Shown here piece by piece: positions 25,525 through 33,542 of a stretch of 53,269 nt of DNA. Under the pieces are notes generated by a model. The model made no database searches, was not told the DNA's origin, and was given only the letters and a program-made list of their open reading frames with translations. Origin of the DNA: Candidatus Aminicenantes bacterium (lineage in GTDB: Bacteria > Acidobacteriota > Aminicenantia > Aminicenantales > UBA4085). The DNA is taken from contig JAPKZI010000031.1 in the NCBI GenBank assembly GCA_026393865.1, positions 1 to 53,269 of the forward strand. Direction: 5' to 3'. The translations under genes were made by a program, and so were the position numbers. Positions within the stretch are counted from its first letter, which is position 1, and each line of letters starts with the position of its first letter.

Positions 25525-26919
25525 TCATGCCGCGCCCTGCCGCCGCGCCGACAGCTTTTTGTGCTCCCGGACGATCAACAAAGCCAGAAAAACCCAAATG
25601 GCGGCGCATATGACGTTCAGTTGAGCGTAATTCTCCATCTTGAAAGCAAGATAGCTACTTCCCAGGAATACGGTCGCGGCCGACAAAACGTCTCCGACGC
25701 GGACGAAAACAGTGTCGATGGCGGCTTTGGCCTTGTATTTCTCTTCCCTGGTGGTGATGAGGTAAAGGGCCCCGCGGATCGTGTTCATCAGGGAATAATC
25801 CGTTCCGTTCTCAAGCGTTTTGACCCACTGCACGATGAGGAGGGTCGCCCCGAACGACGCCAGGGCATACCCGCCGAGCGAAATGAGGGGAAAGAGGAAG
25901 ATCGCTCCACGCACGCCGAGCCATTTGAAGATTCTGGACACCATGAAGAGTTGAATGAGGAGGACGACCCAGTTGACGTTTCTGAAGAAATTCGCGTAGA
26001 GCATGGTCAGATAATTGCCTTCGTCCACCCCTCCGGTGGTTCCGGCTTTGATAGCCTCAGCGGCCGCTCCCTTGAAGACGTTGTCCAGCATCCATTGCCC
26101 GTTGGTGTTGACCCAATTCAGGAAGATGATCAGCACCGCGATGTAAAGTAGGTAGCGGCTCTTGAACACCAGCTGAAATCCGCCGCCCGTCTTCAGAGGT
26201 TGCTCCGTGATGTGTTTGGCGGTCTCTCCGGGAGGCCCGGCGCCGCTCGGCTTTCGTTCGAGCCGCCGGATCTCCCGTTTATGCACGATCCAGATCAATC
26301 CGATGCTGATGCCGAGGTTCACGGCTCCCACCAGCATCATGTTGAATCGGCCCAAGACGGGGATGAGCCAGCCGGTGATCGTGCTCCCCCAGACGGATCC
26401 GAACGCGGCGCCGAAGGCGATAAAGGGGAAAACCCGTTTCCCTACGTCCTCGGTGTAAATATCGTTGGCGAAGCCCCACAGTTGCGCCGGCAATAACAGG
26501 CTGGCGATGCCCGCCCAGATGAAAAAGAAAACGGCCAGCAGGGGCACATTCAAGAGATTGAGGACATAAAAGACGGCCAGGCTGACGATGAAAAACAGCG
26601 TCACTTCAGTGATCAGGATTTGCCGGGGGACCTTGGAAGCCAGGCGGCTGAAGGCTTTCACGACAAAAATCAGGACGATGGCAATCGCGGCGCCTAGAAG
26701 GCTTTTGATGTAGGGGCCTTTTTTGGAAAAGGAAACGATCCAGGCGTCGCGGATGGATTTGACGATGTAATAGTTGGTCATGATCAGGAAAATATTGAGG
26801 GCCAGCAGCAAGACCGTCAGGCCCTCGCCCGGACGGATATCGCCGAATATTTTCAGGGCCCGATAGAAAAGATTCGACGGACTCGCGGCTTTTCCTGCGT
26901 TTGGCGTTGTCGTTTCCAC
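25525..26919 (-). CDS. TLC-family (ATP/ADP translocase-like, MFS-type) nucleotide transporter, stand-alone form
   Basis: 464 aa with about 11-12 helices. N-terminal IRPGEG...NYYIVKSIRDAWIV and AQLWGFANDIYTEDVGKRVFPFIAFGAAFGS match the TLC patterns (LRxxKDxL; FWxFANxI...AKRFY). GTG start 25 nt after the paralog-3 stop. Confidence 0.7.
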   Translation of the reverse strand: METTTPNAGKAASPSNLFYRALKIFGDIRPGEGLTVLLLALNIFLIMTNYYIVKSIRDAWIVSFSKKGPYIKSLLGAAIAIVLIFVVKAFSRLASKVPRQILITEVTLFFIVSLAVFYVLNLLNVPLLAVFFFIWAGIASLLLPAQLWGFANDIYTEDVGKRVFPFIAFGAAFGSVWGSTITGWLIPVLGRFNMMLVGAVNLGISIGLIWIVHKREIRRLERKPSGAGPPGETAKHITEQPLKTGGGFQLVFKSRYLLYIAVLIIFLNWVNTNGQWMLDNVFKGAAAEAIKAGTTGGVDEGNYLTMLYANFFRNVNWVVLLIQLFMVSRIFKWLGVRGAIFLFPLISLGGYALASFGATLLIVQWVKTLENGTDYSLMNTIRGALYLITTREEKYKAKAAIDTVFVRVGDVLSAATVFLGSSYLAFKMENYAQLNVICAAIWVFLALLIVREHKKLSARRQGAA

Positions 26920-26944
26920 ATCCCCCTTTCGTTCTTTCCGTGGC

Positions 26945-27739
26945 TTAATAGAGGACGTTCCTTTCGCCTTCCGTTTTCATCAGCCCTTCGAGCCGGGCGA
27001 TGATCCTTTTTTTGCGATCGAATATGGTCCCGATCTCGTCCTCGCTGAGATACGGTCGGAGCTTGCTCTCGATGATCTGGCGGGCGGTATTCTGAAGATG
27101 TTCGAAGAGGCGCCGCGGGCAGCGGTTGATGGGACAGTCGGCGGCCAGTCCCGGAGTGGGAGCGAACGCTTCCGCGAAATCCACGCGGTAGACTTTCCAG
27201 CCGGGCTGCTGAATGAGGATGTCGGCCTTGTCCAGGCACGTGTCGTTGACGAGAGCTTCGAAGACCTTGATCTCGTCCAGCCTGCCCAAGAACGCTTTCA
27301 GGTCGGGAGGCTGGAGGAGGAGCCGTTCCCGGTCGGTCTCGCTGATGCAGCCCGGCACGAAGTACTGCAAGGAGCCCTTGTTTCCCTCGATCTCCCGATC
27401 CACGGTCGGCGGAATGAACTCCAAGCCGAGGAGTTGGCTCAGCTCGTAGGCGGCGAGCTCGTATTTATACGAATCGACCGCGGGATCCGGCCGCGGGGCG
27501 TGAACGCGCTTGAACATGCCTTGCAATTTTGTTTTGCCGTCGTCCAGGGTGATCTTCCAGGGCATGGTCCGGCCGGTCGTCGCGTCTTTTTTGACGGAGA
27601 CGATGGGCCCGGTCTTGAGAAAGGCTTTGATCTCCTTGGGACTGAGATCGGCCGGCCCCGCCGCCTCAGAACGGAGGATGTCCCTCCCAAAACACGTGAT
27701 GGTCAACAAAAACGTCATCCCCAGAACGATCTTTTTCAT
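26945..27739 (-). CDS. Exported PI3K/PI4K/HipA-like kinase-fold protein, paralog 3 (degenerate catalytic loop, pseudokinase candidate)
   Basis: N-terminal MKKIVLGMTFLLTITCFG. Motifs: GMFKR, ELAAYELSQLLGLEFIPPTVDREI.GNKGSLQYFV. The catalytic loop aligns as LVNDTCLDKADILI, so Asp, Arg, His and Asn are all replaced; VDFA is retained. C-terminus GERNVLY. Confidence 0.68.
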   Translation of the reverse strand: MKKIVLGMTFLLTITCFGRDILRSEAAGPADLSPKEIKAFLKTGPIVSVKKDATTGRTMPWKITLDDGKTKLQGMFKRVHAPRPDPAVDSYKYELAAYELSQLLGLEFIPPTVDREIEGNKGSLQYFVPGCISETDRERLLLQPPDLKAFLGRLDEIKVFEALVNDTCLDKADILIQQPGWKVYRVDFAEAFAPTPGLAADCPINRCPRRLFEHLQNTARQIIESKLRPYLSEDEIGTIFDRKKRIIARLEGLMKTEGERNVLY

Positions 27740-28997
27740 GATTCACCTTCCGTCCAGCCGAAGGATGAGCGTCCCTCGCGTCACGCCCGGAATGCGCCGC
27801 CCGATCTTCAGGCGGCCAGACGCGGAACTCTCCCTTCTCGATGATCAAGGCGCTGGGATGGCTCTCCATGCCCATGAAACTCGAAATGCTCGTATCGATC
27901 ATGAAGAGGCGCTTCCCGAACCTGTTCATATATTCCATGGAAACCGCGCTCTGGGTGGGTGTATGGGCGACGACCATGGACTTGGCCCCGAGGTTGGCCA
28001 GGATCCGGCTGAACTCTTCCTCCATGAGGGCTTCGTCCTTCGAGACGAGGTCGCGGTGCCAAAGGGGCCCCTGCGGCTGGTAGACGATCCGGGTGCCCCG
28101 AAGGGACGGTTGGCGGCCATATTCGACATCATTCATGATTTTCTTAAGTTCCCTGGTCAGAACGGAGTTGATCGTTTCCAGTTTCCAGGTGGAGAACGAC
28201 TCGCTGAAGCCGGCGTGGAGAAAGACGGTGTCGTTGATCTTGATCACCGCGTTGTGCTCGGAGATCCACGTCCCATAGTCCGCGTTGAAGGTCCGGGTAT
28301 AGAGGCTCTGGGCATCCGAATCGTTCCGCAGATCCCCCCATAGTTTAGTGAGATCGCCCCCGTTTTCCGCCTTTGCCTTGAACTTCGCTTCTTTGGCCGC
28401 GACGTAGTCGGCGGGAAGGAAGGATCGGAACTGCTCAGGCGTGACGTAGCCGTAGCGAAAGGAGAGCCCGAGGATGTTCATCTCCTCATGATTGCCGACC
28501 AGGAAATGGACCATGCCGCCCGCGGCGCTGGCTTCTTTTTCGAGACGACGAATCAAATCGAAGATGTCCTTGGCGAAGTCGCCCCGATCCATGATGTCGC
28601 CGGTCTGGACGAGGTGGGTTTTGCCGCCCACCCACTGATCCTTCTCGTCGATGAGCCCCGTTCCCTTAGGGCCAAGGATCAATCGAAAACTGGCGTAGTC
28701 GCCATGGAGGTCGCCGACGGCGACGATCTTGTCGATGCCCGTCCAGAGGCACGGCTGGCCGGCGGCGGGAGGCGGCGATGGAGATAATTTCGGCTCGCGA
28801 AGCGCCGATGAGGCGGGGATGGAACGGGCGTCCGCGCAACAAATGGCGATGAGGATGAGGACCAGGCCGAGGAAAATGGGATTCCTCGACCAGTGGAAGG
28901 GCGTTGCCGGGATTCCGGCCCGCCGGAGCTTTTGCGTTCGATGGATCGTAGCGTTCTCCTTTTTCAAAACCAGCCTGCCACCGCCATAATAAATCAA
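27666..28997 (-). CDS. Signal-anchored or exported PPP-family metallophosphoesterase (Shelph-like Ser/Thr phosphatase)
   Basis: Motifs VAVGDLHGDY, QTGDIMDRGD and LVGNHEEMN. N-terminal hydrophobic segment NPIFLGLVLILIAICCADA. The start is uncertain (TTG at 28997, no in-frame ATG nearby). The 3' tail overlaps paralog 3 by 74 nt. Confidence 0.75.
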   Translation of the reverse strand: MIYYGGGRLVLKKENATIHRTQKLRRAGIPATPFHWSRNPIFLGLVLILIAICCADARSIPASSALREPKLSPSPPPAAGQPCLWTGIDKIVAVGDLHGDYASFRLILGPKGTGLIDEKDQWVGGKTHLVQTGDIMDRGDFAKDIFDLIRRLEKEASAAGGMVHFLVGNHEEMNILGLSFRYGYVTPEQFRSFLPADYVAAKEAKFKAKAENGGDLTKLWGDLRNDSDAQSLYTRTFNADYGTWISEHNAVIKINDTVFLHAGFSESFSTWKLETINSVLTRELKKIMNDVEYGRQPSLRGTRIVYQPQGPLWHRDLVSKDEALMEEEFSRILANLGAKSMVVAHTPTQSAVSMEYMNRFGKRLFMIDTSISSFMGMESHPSALIIEKGEFRVWPPEDRAAHSGRDARDAHPSAGRKVNHEKDRSGDDVFVDHHVFWEGHPPF

Positions 28998-29052
28998 TGC
29001 GCGGATTAGTCAAGGGGGAAACGGGCCGCGGGCCGGTCATTTCGACGGGCGT

Positions 29053-29081
29053 TTGACTATTTTTCGGCTTCGTATTATCTT
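29053..29081 (+). promoter_or_regulatory. Sigma70-like promoter candidate for the plus-strand ABM/thioesterase/STAS/TLC-HEAT operon
   Basis: TTGACT (29053-29058), 17-nt spacer, TATCTT (29076-29081), about 30 nt upstream of the ATG at 29114, in the divergent intergenic region. Confidence 0.3.
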
Positions 29082-29113
29082 AGTAAGCACACCGACCGAA
29101 CAGGAGGGAGCCG

Positions 29114-29458
29114 ATGTTTGCCCGAAAGATAACCTTCCTCTTCAAGCCGGAGAACATCGACGACGCCGTCAAGCTCTTCCGGACGAGCGTCATCCCCGGC
29201 GCCCGAAAAGAGAAAGGCTTCCGGGGGGCTTGCCTTATGACCGACCGCCCGACCGGAAAGAGCATCGCCGTCACGTTCTGGCGGAACGAGGCGGACGCCC
29301 GGGCCAACGAGGAGAACCTTTTTTTCCAGGGACAGCTGGTCAAGTTCCTTCCATATTTTGCCGGACCGCCGATCCGCGAAGGTTTCGAGGTCAGCGTCCA
29401 CTGCATGGAAACCCAGCTCAAGCGGAAATCCTCGAAAAAGTCAAAAAAGAAAAAATAG
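29114..29458 (+). CDS. ABM (ferredoxin-like alpha+beta barrel) domain protein with Lys-rich C-terminal tail, paralog 1
   Basis: 114 aa with AGGAGGGAG RBS. ABM-like pattern MFARKITFLFKPENIDD...GFRGACLMTD...IAVTFWRNEADARANE. Tail KRKSSKKSKKKK. Confidence 0.7.
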   Translation: MFARKITFLFKPENIDDAVKLFRTSVIPGARKEKGFRGACLMTDRPTGKSIAVTFWRNEADARANEENLFFQGQLVKFLPYFAGPPIREGFEVSVHCMETQLKRKSSKKSKKKK

Positions 29459-29536
29459 TCTGAACCCCCTTATGGGAGGAATGAGCGAAGGCCATCTTTG
29501 GCCGCCGGGCGAGCGGCCGGAAAGGAGGGAAAATCC

Positions 29537-29902
29537 ATGTTTGCCCGCATGACCATCCTCCAGGTCAAGCCGGAACGGATCGACGACGGCATCAAGATCT
29601 ATCGGACGAGCGTCGTCCCCGAAGCCAAGAAACAGAAAGGCTTCCGGGGGGCGTGTCTTTTGGCCGACCGCGCCTCGGGGAAATCCATCTCCGTCACGTT
29701 CTGGAGAAACGAGAAGGACGCCGTCGCCAATGAGGAAAGCCTCTATTACCAGGAACAGCTCGTGAAATTTCTCAGCTTGCTCGCCGGCCCGATGATCCGC
29801 GAAGGATATGAAGTCAGCGTCCATCGCCTGGATACGCCGGCCGGATCGAAACCACGACCCAATCCCAAGAAGAAACCGGCCGCCAAAAAAACCGGTCTTT
29901 GA
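29537..29902 (+). CDS. ABM domain protein with Lys/Pro-rich C-terminal tail, paralog 2
   Basis: Start set at MFARMTILQVKPERIDD (ATG 29537, AGGAGGG RBS). Collinear with paralog 1 over about 100 aa. Tail SKPRPNPKKKPAAKKTGL. Confidence 0.7.
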   Translation: MFARMTILQVKPERIDDGIKIYRTSVVPEAKKQKGFRGACLLADRASGKSISVTFWRNEKDAVANEESLYYQEQLVKFLSLLAGPMIREGYEVSVHRLDTPAGSKPRPNPKKKPAAKKTGL

Positions 29903-29936
29903 TTTTCTTCGTCCATCGTGATACGGTTGCCCTTTC

Positions 29937-30683
29937 ATGGACAAGATCTTCACGAAGACATTCCATGTCTACACGTACGAGGTGGACCACCGGGGCAAGA
30001 CGCTCCCTCTCTCGCTTCTGAATTATCTTCAGGACACGGCGGGAGACCATGCCGCAGTCCTCGGTTTTTCGATTCACGATCTCTTGAAAAAGGGCCTGAC
30101 CTGGATCCTGTCCCGGTACCATATCCGGATCGTCCGGTACCCCGCTCTGGCGGCCGATATCGCCGTGTCCACCTGGCCTTCCGGAAAACAGGGGCTGTTC
30201 GCCCTCCGCGATTTCGAGATCACGGATGCCGGGGGCGGGCTCCTGGCCGCGGCGACGAGCTCCTGGATCCTTTGGAACCTCCGCACGAAACAGCCGGCCC
30301 GGCTGGATGAGAATCTGCCCGACGACGTGACGGTCGACAGAAGGGCCCTGCCCGACGATTTCGAGGCCCTCCCCTCGATCGGAACGGCGGACCGCGAGCT
30401 TTCCTTCCGGGTCGAGATGCAGGACATCGATTTCAACAACCACGTCAACCACGCCGTCTATATCCAGTGGGCCCTCGAAACGCCGCCGGCGAGCGTCCTC
30501 CGGACCGCCCGGCCCGCGGACATCGAAGTCGCTTATAAGGGCGAAGCGTTCTACGGCGACGAGGTCGCTTCCAAGGCCCAGACGATCGGGAGCGGTCCCG
30601 CCCCGGAGTTCCTCCATGGGATCTTTCACAAGGACAAGGGGACCGAGCTGACCCGCCTCCGGACGGCCTGGGCTTGTGATTGA
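29937..30683 (+). CDS. Acyl-ACP thioesterase family protein
   Basis: 248 aa. The double hot-dog pattern typical of acyl-ACP thioesterases: HVYTYEVDHRGKTLPLSLLNYLQDTAGDHA, GLTWILSRYHIRIVRYP, VSTWPSGK..LFALRDFEI, NNHVNHAVYIQW. Confidence 0.75.
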   Translation: MDKIFTKTFHVYTYEVDHRGKTLPLSLLNYLQDTAGDHAAVLGFSIHDLLKKGLTWILSRYHIRIVRYPALAADIAVSTWPSGKQGLFALRDFEITDAGGGLLAAATSSWILWNLRTKQPARLDENLPDDVTVDRRALPDDFEALPSIGTADRELSFRVEMQDIDFNNHVNHAVYIQWALETPPASVLRTARPADIEVAYKGEAFYGDEVASKAQTIGSGPAPEFLHGIFHKDKGTELTRLRTAWACD

Positions 30684-30730
30684 CATTCGATCGTCCTTTT
30701 GATAAAAAGCTCCTAGGGAAGCTATCGTCC

Positions 30731-31078
30731 ATGATGATCAACAAGCGCGAAAAGAACAGCATCGTGATCTTCGACATCGAAGGAGAGATCCGGCGGTCGG
30801 ACATTAGCGACGTCACCCTCCACCAGCTGGTCAAGGAACAGCTCGAGGTCGGGAGAAAGCAGATCCTCCTGAACTTCGACAAGGTCGACTTCATCGACAG
30901 CTTCGGCGTGGGCGAGATCCTGGCCAGCTACATTTCCACGCACAACCTGGGAGGGAAGCTCAAGCTCGCCCGGATCTCGAAAAAGCTCTTTCTCATCTTC
31001 CAGATCACCATGCTGACGAAGGTCCTGGACATCCACGACGAGGAAGCCTCGGCCCTCCAGAGCTTCTTCAAGGATTAA
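30731..31078 (+). CDS. STAS-domain anti-sigma-factor antagonist (RsbV/SpoIIAA-like)
   Basis: IVIFDIEGEI..., LNFDKVDFIDSFGVGEIL (the DS(S/F)G phospho-Ser motif), LKLARISKKLFLIFQITMLTKVLDIHD. The ATG at 30731 is preferred over the TTG at 30680. Confidence 0.8.
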   Translation: MMINKREKNSIVIFDIEGEIRRSDISDVTLHQLVKEQLEVGRKQILLNFDKVDFIDSFGVGEILASYISTHNLGGKLKLARISKKLFLIFQITMLTKVLDIHDEEASALQSFFKD

Positions 31079-31109
31079 GAGCCGCTCCCGTCGTCTTTTG
31101 AGCCAGCCC

Positions 31110-33542
31110 ATGGCGGAACGTCGCCTGCACAAGATTCTCTCGGCCGTGGTCAAGATCAAGCCCGGCGAAGAGGTCCTGGCGGTCCTCGTCTTCTTCTATT
31201 TTTTTCTCATCACGGCGCCCTTCGGGATCGTCAAATCCCTTCGGGACGCCAACTTCCTGGACGATCTCAAAGTTGAGAACCTTCCCTATGCCTACCTATC
31301 GGCCATCCTGATCGCCGTAGCCGTTTCGTTCCACGCCAAGCTCCAATCCAGGATCTCCCGCCGGCGCCTCCTTCAATCCACGCTGGTCTTCTTCATTCTG
31401 ACCGGCCTCTTGTTCTGGGCGCTTTTCTCCACGCCGGATCATTGGAAGGGGCTGGCTCTCATTTACTGGATGTGGGCCAACCTGTTCGTCGTGACCCTGA
31501 CTACGCAATTCTGGTTCCTGGTCAACGATGTCTTCAATCCCCGGGAGGCCAAGCGGCTGATCGGCTTCTTCGGAAGCGGAGGGATTTTAGGCGGCGTCGC
31601 GGGCAACCTCCTGCCCGGATTTTTAGCCAAACCGGAGACGGCGAATAGGCTTCTGCTGGCGGCGGCGGCGTTCCTCTGCGCCTGCCTGGTCGTCGTCAGT
31701 CTCATTTTCTCCTGGCTTGAAAAGAACGAGGATCGCACCGCGTCAGTCCCCGGCCGCGAGCCGAAGCCGAATCGGAAAGAGCTCCGGCACGTCGGTCTTT
31801 GGGACAGTTTCCGGAGCGTCAGCTCCGACGCCTATCTCCGCTTGATGGCCTGGGTCGTCCTGGCCACCGGCATCGTCTCCACCTTCATCGACTGGCAGTC
31901 TAAGAGCGTCATCGCCTCCAGCCCGGAAGCCAACGTCAATTACGTCCGCTTTTTCGGCCGCTTCAACGCCGGCATCCTGGTTTTCGCTTTTCTCTTTCAA
32001 CTCGTCCTGACCAGCCGCTTCATCAACCGCTTCGGCATCCGGACCGGGCTGCTGATCTATCCTTTGATCATCCTCTTGTGCTCCGTCGGCCTTGGGATCT
32101 TCCCCGCCTCTTTGGCTTTGGCCATCGCCATTAAGGGCGGCGACAAGGCCTTGTCCTATTCCATCAACCAATCTTCGCGAGAGCTCCTTTATATCCCCGT
32201 TCTCCCGGAGATGAAATATCGAGCCAAGGTCTTCATCGACATGTTCCTAAACCGTTTTTCCAAAGCGGTGGGCGGGGTGATCCTGCTGGGCCTCATTTAC
32301 CTTGTCAAGCGCCCTCCGTTCGCCGCGATCGGCTTCGAGCCGCTCGTCTGGGTGAGCTTCGCGTCCGGCGTGTTCGTCATCGTCTGGATCGTTCTTAACG
32401 CCAGGATCAGCCGGGCGTACGTCCGGGAGGTCAAGGGCCAACTGGCGAAAAAATGGGAGCGGGCCGACGAAGTCGTGGCCGACAGGATGGACGTGGACAC
32501 GGCCAAGCTCGTCGTGGACGCGATCGAGAGCCGGACGCAGAGTTCGACCCTGTTCGCCCTCCATCTTTATGACTTGGCCCGCCAGAACAGGCTGTCGCCT
32601 GAGATCCGGAACCTCCTGGCGCTCAAGCCGATCGAACATTCTTCGTCCGACACCCGGCCGCTTTTCGAATACGACGCCTCGCCCTGGATCGCCGATTTCG
32701 AGGAACCCGGCTCGCCTGTCGAGATGGACAAGGAGATCCGGGAGATTCTGGCCCTCGAGGAATACCAAAAGGTCATAGGGGAGTATGCCGGAAAAGTGCT
32801 CGAGGATAAGGACGTCAGGTCGGAAACGGCGAGGATGGAGCTGGCCAAGGCCATCGGTCTGATGGACGGCCGATCGGCGCTCACGGACAAGCTCGACGAT
32901 CTCCTCGGCGACGATTCGGCCAAGGTCTTTCAATACAGCGCGGAATCCGCGGGAAAGCTCAAGAAAAAGGTCCATGTTCCGCTTCTGGCCAGAAAGCTGG
33001 CCGATCCGAAAACCTGCGAGGACGCCCGGTCGGCCCTGGAAAAGTACCGGGGGGGGATCGCCGGCGCTCTCTCGGATTACCTGAACGACGTCGAGGAGAA
33101 GCCTGAGATACGGAAGCAGGCCGCCTCGCTCCTCGCCCGAATCGGCAACCAGGAGGCGGCGGACGCTCTGCTCGAGGCGCTTGGACACGGTCCGGATGTT
33201 CTGAAGGCCGGTCTTATCGACGCCTTGGACCGACTCCGGTCGGAAGTGTCGGAGGTCCAGTTCAAAGACGGGGTCGTCCGGGTCCAGTTCGCCGCGGAGA
33301 TCGAAACCCTCGGGCCGGCCAAAAATCCCTCCGATCTGCTCCCTCTGTTCAAGCTCCTCGGGCTCGTCTATGACCACGAGGATATTTTCCGGGCCTATCA
33401 AAACTTGCTGAAAGGGACCAAGGATTCAATCGCCTACGCCGTCGAGCTTCTCGACCATACGGTCAGCCAGGATATCAAGGAGCGGCTGTTCCCGCTTTTA
33501 GAGAGCTTTTCCGGCCGCAGGAACGCGGGTTCCTCGTCATGA
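31110..33542 (+). CDS. TLC-family nucleotide transporter fused to a C-terminal HEAT/armadillo-like repeat domain, copy 1
   Basis: N-terminal IKPGEE...GIVKSLRDANFL and TQFWFLVNDVFNPREAKRLIGFFGSGGILGG (TLC pattern), with about 12 helices over the first 430 aa or so. A helical repeat region of about 380 aa follows, for example LLARIGNQEAADALLEAL. Confidence 0.75.
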   Translation: MAERRLHKILSAVVKIKPGEEVLAVLVFFYFFLITAPFGIVKSLRDANFLDDLKVENLPYAYLSAILIAVAVSFHAKLQSRISRRRLLQSTLVFFILTGLLFWALFSTPDHWKGLALIYWMWANLFVVTLTTQFWFLVNDVFNPREAKRLIGFFGSGGILGGVAGNLLPGFLAKPETANRLLLAAAAFLCACLVVVSLIFSWLEKNEDRTASVPGREPKPNRKELRHVGLWDSFRSVSSDAYLRLMAWVVLATGIVSTFIDWQSKSVIASSPEANVNYVRFFGRFNAGILVFAFLFQLVLTSRFINRFGIRTGLLIYPLIILLCSVGLGIFPASLALAIAIKGGDKALSYSINQSSRELLYIPVLPEMKYRAKVFIDMFLNRFSKAVGGVILLGLIYLVKRPPFAAIGFEPLVWVSFASGVFVIVWIVLNARISRAYVREVKGQLAKKWERADEVVADRMDVDTAKLVVDAIESRTQSSTLFALHLYDLARQNRLSPEIRNLLALKPIEHSSSDTRPLFEYDASPWIADFEEPGSPVEMDKEIREILALEEYQKVIGEYAGKVLEDKDVRSETARMELAKAIGLMDGRSALTDKLDDLLGDDSAKVFQYSAESAGKLKKKVHVPLLARKLADPKTCEDARSALEKYRGGIAGALSDYLNDVEEKPEIRKQAASLLARIGNQEAADALLEALGHGPDVLKAGLIDALDRLRSEVSEVQFKDGVVRVQFAAEIETLGPAKNPSDLLPLFKLLGLVYDHEDIFRAYQNLLKGTKDSIAYAVELLDHTVSQDIKERLFPLLESFSGRRNAGSSS

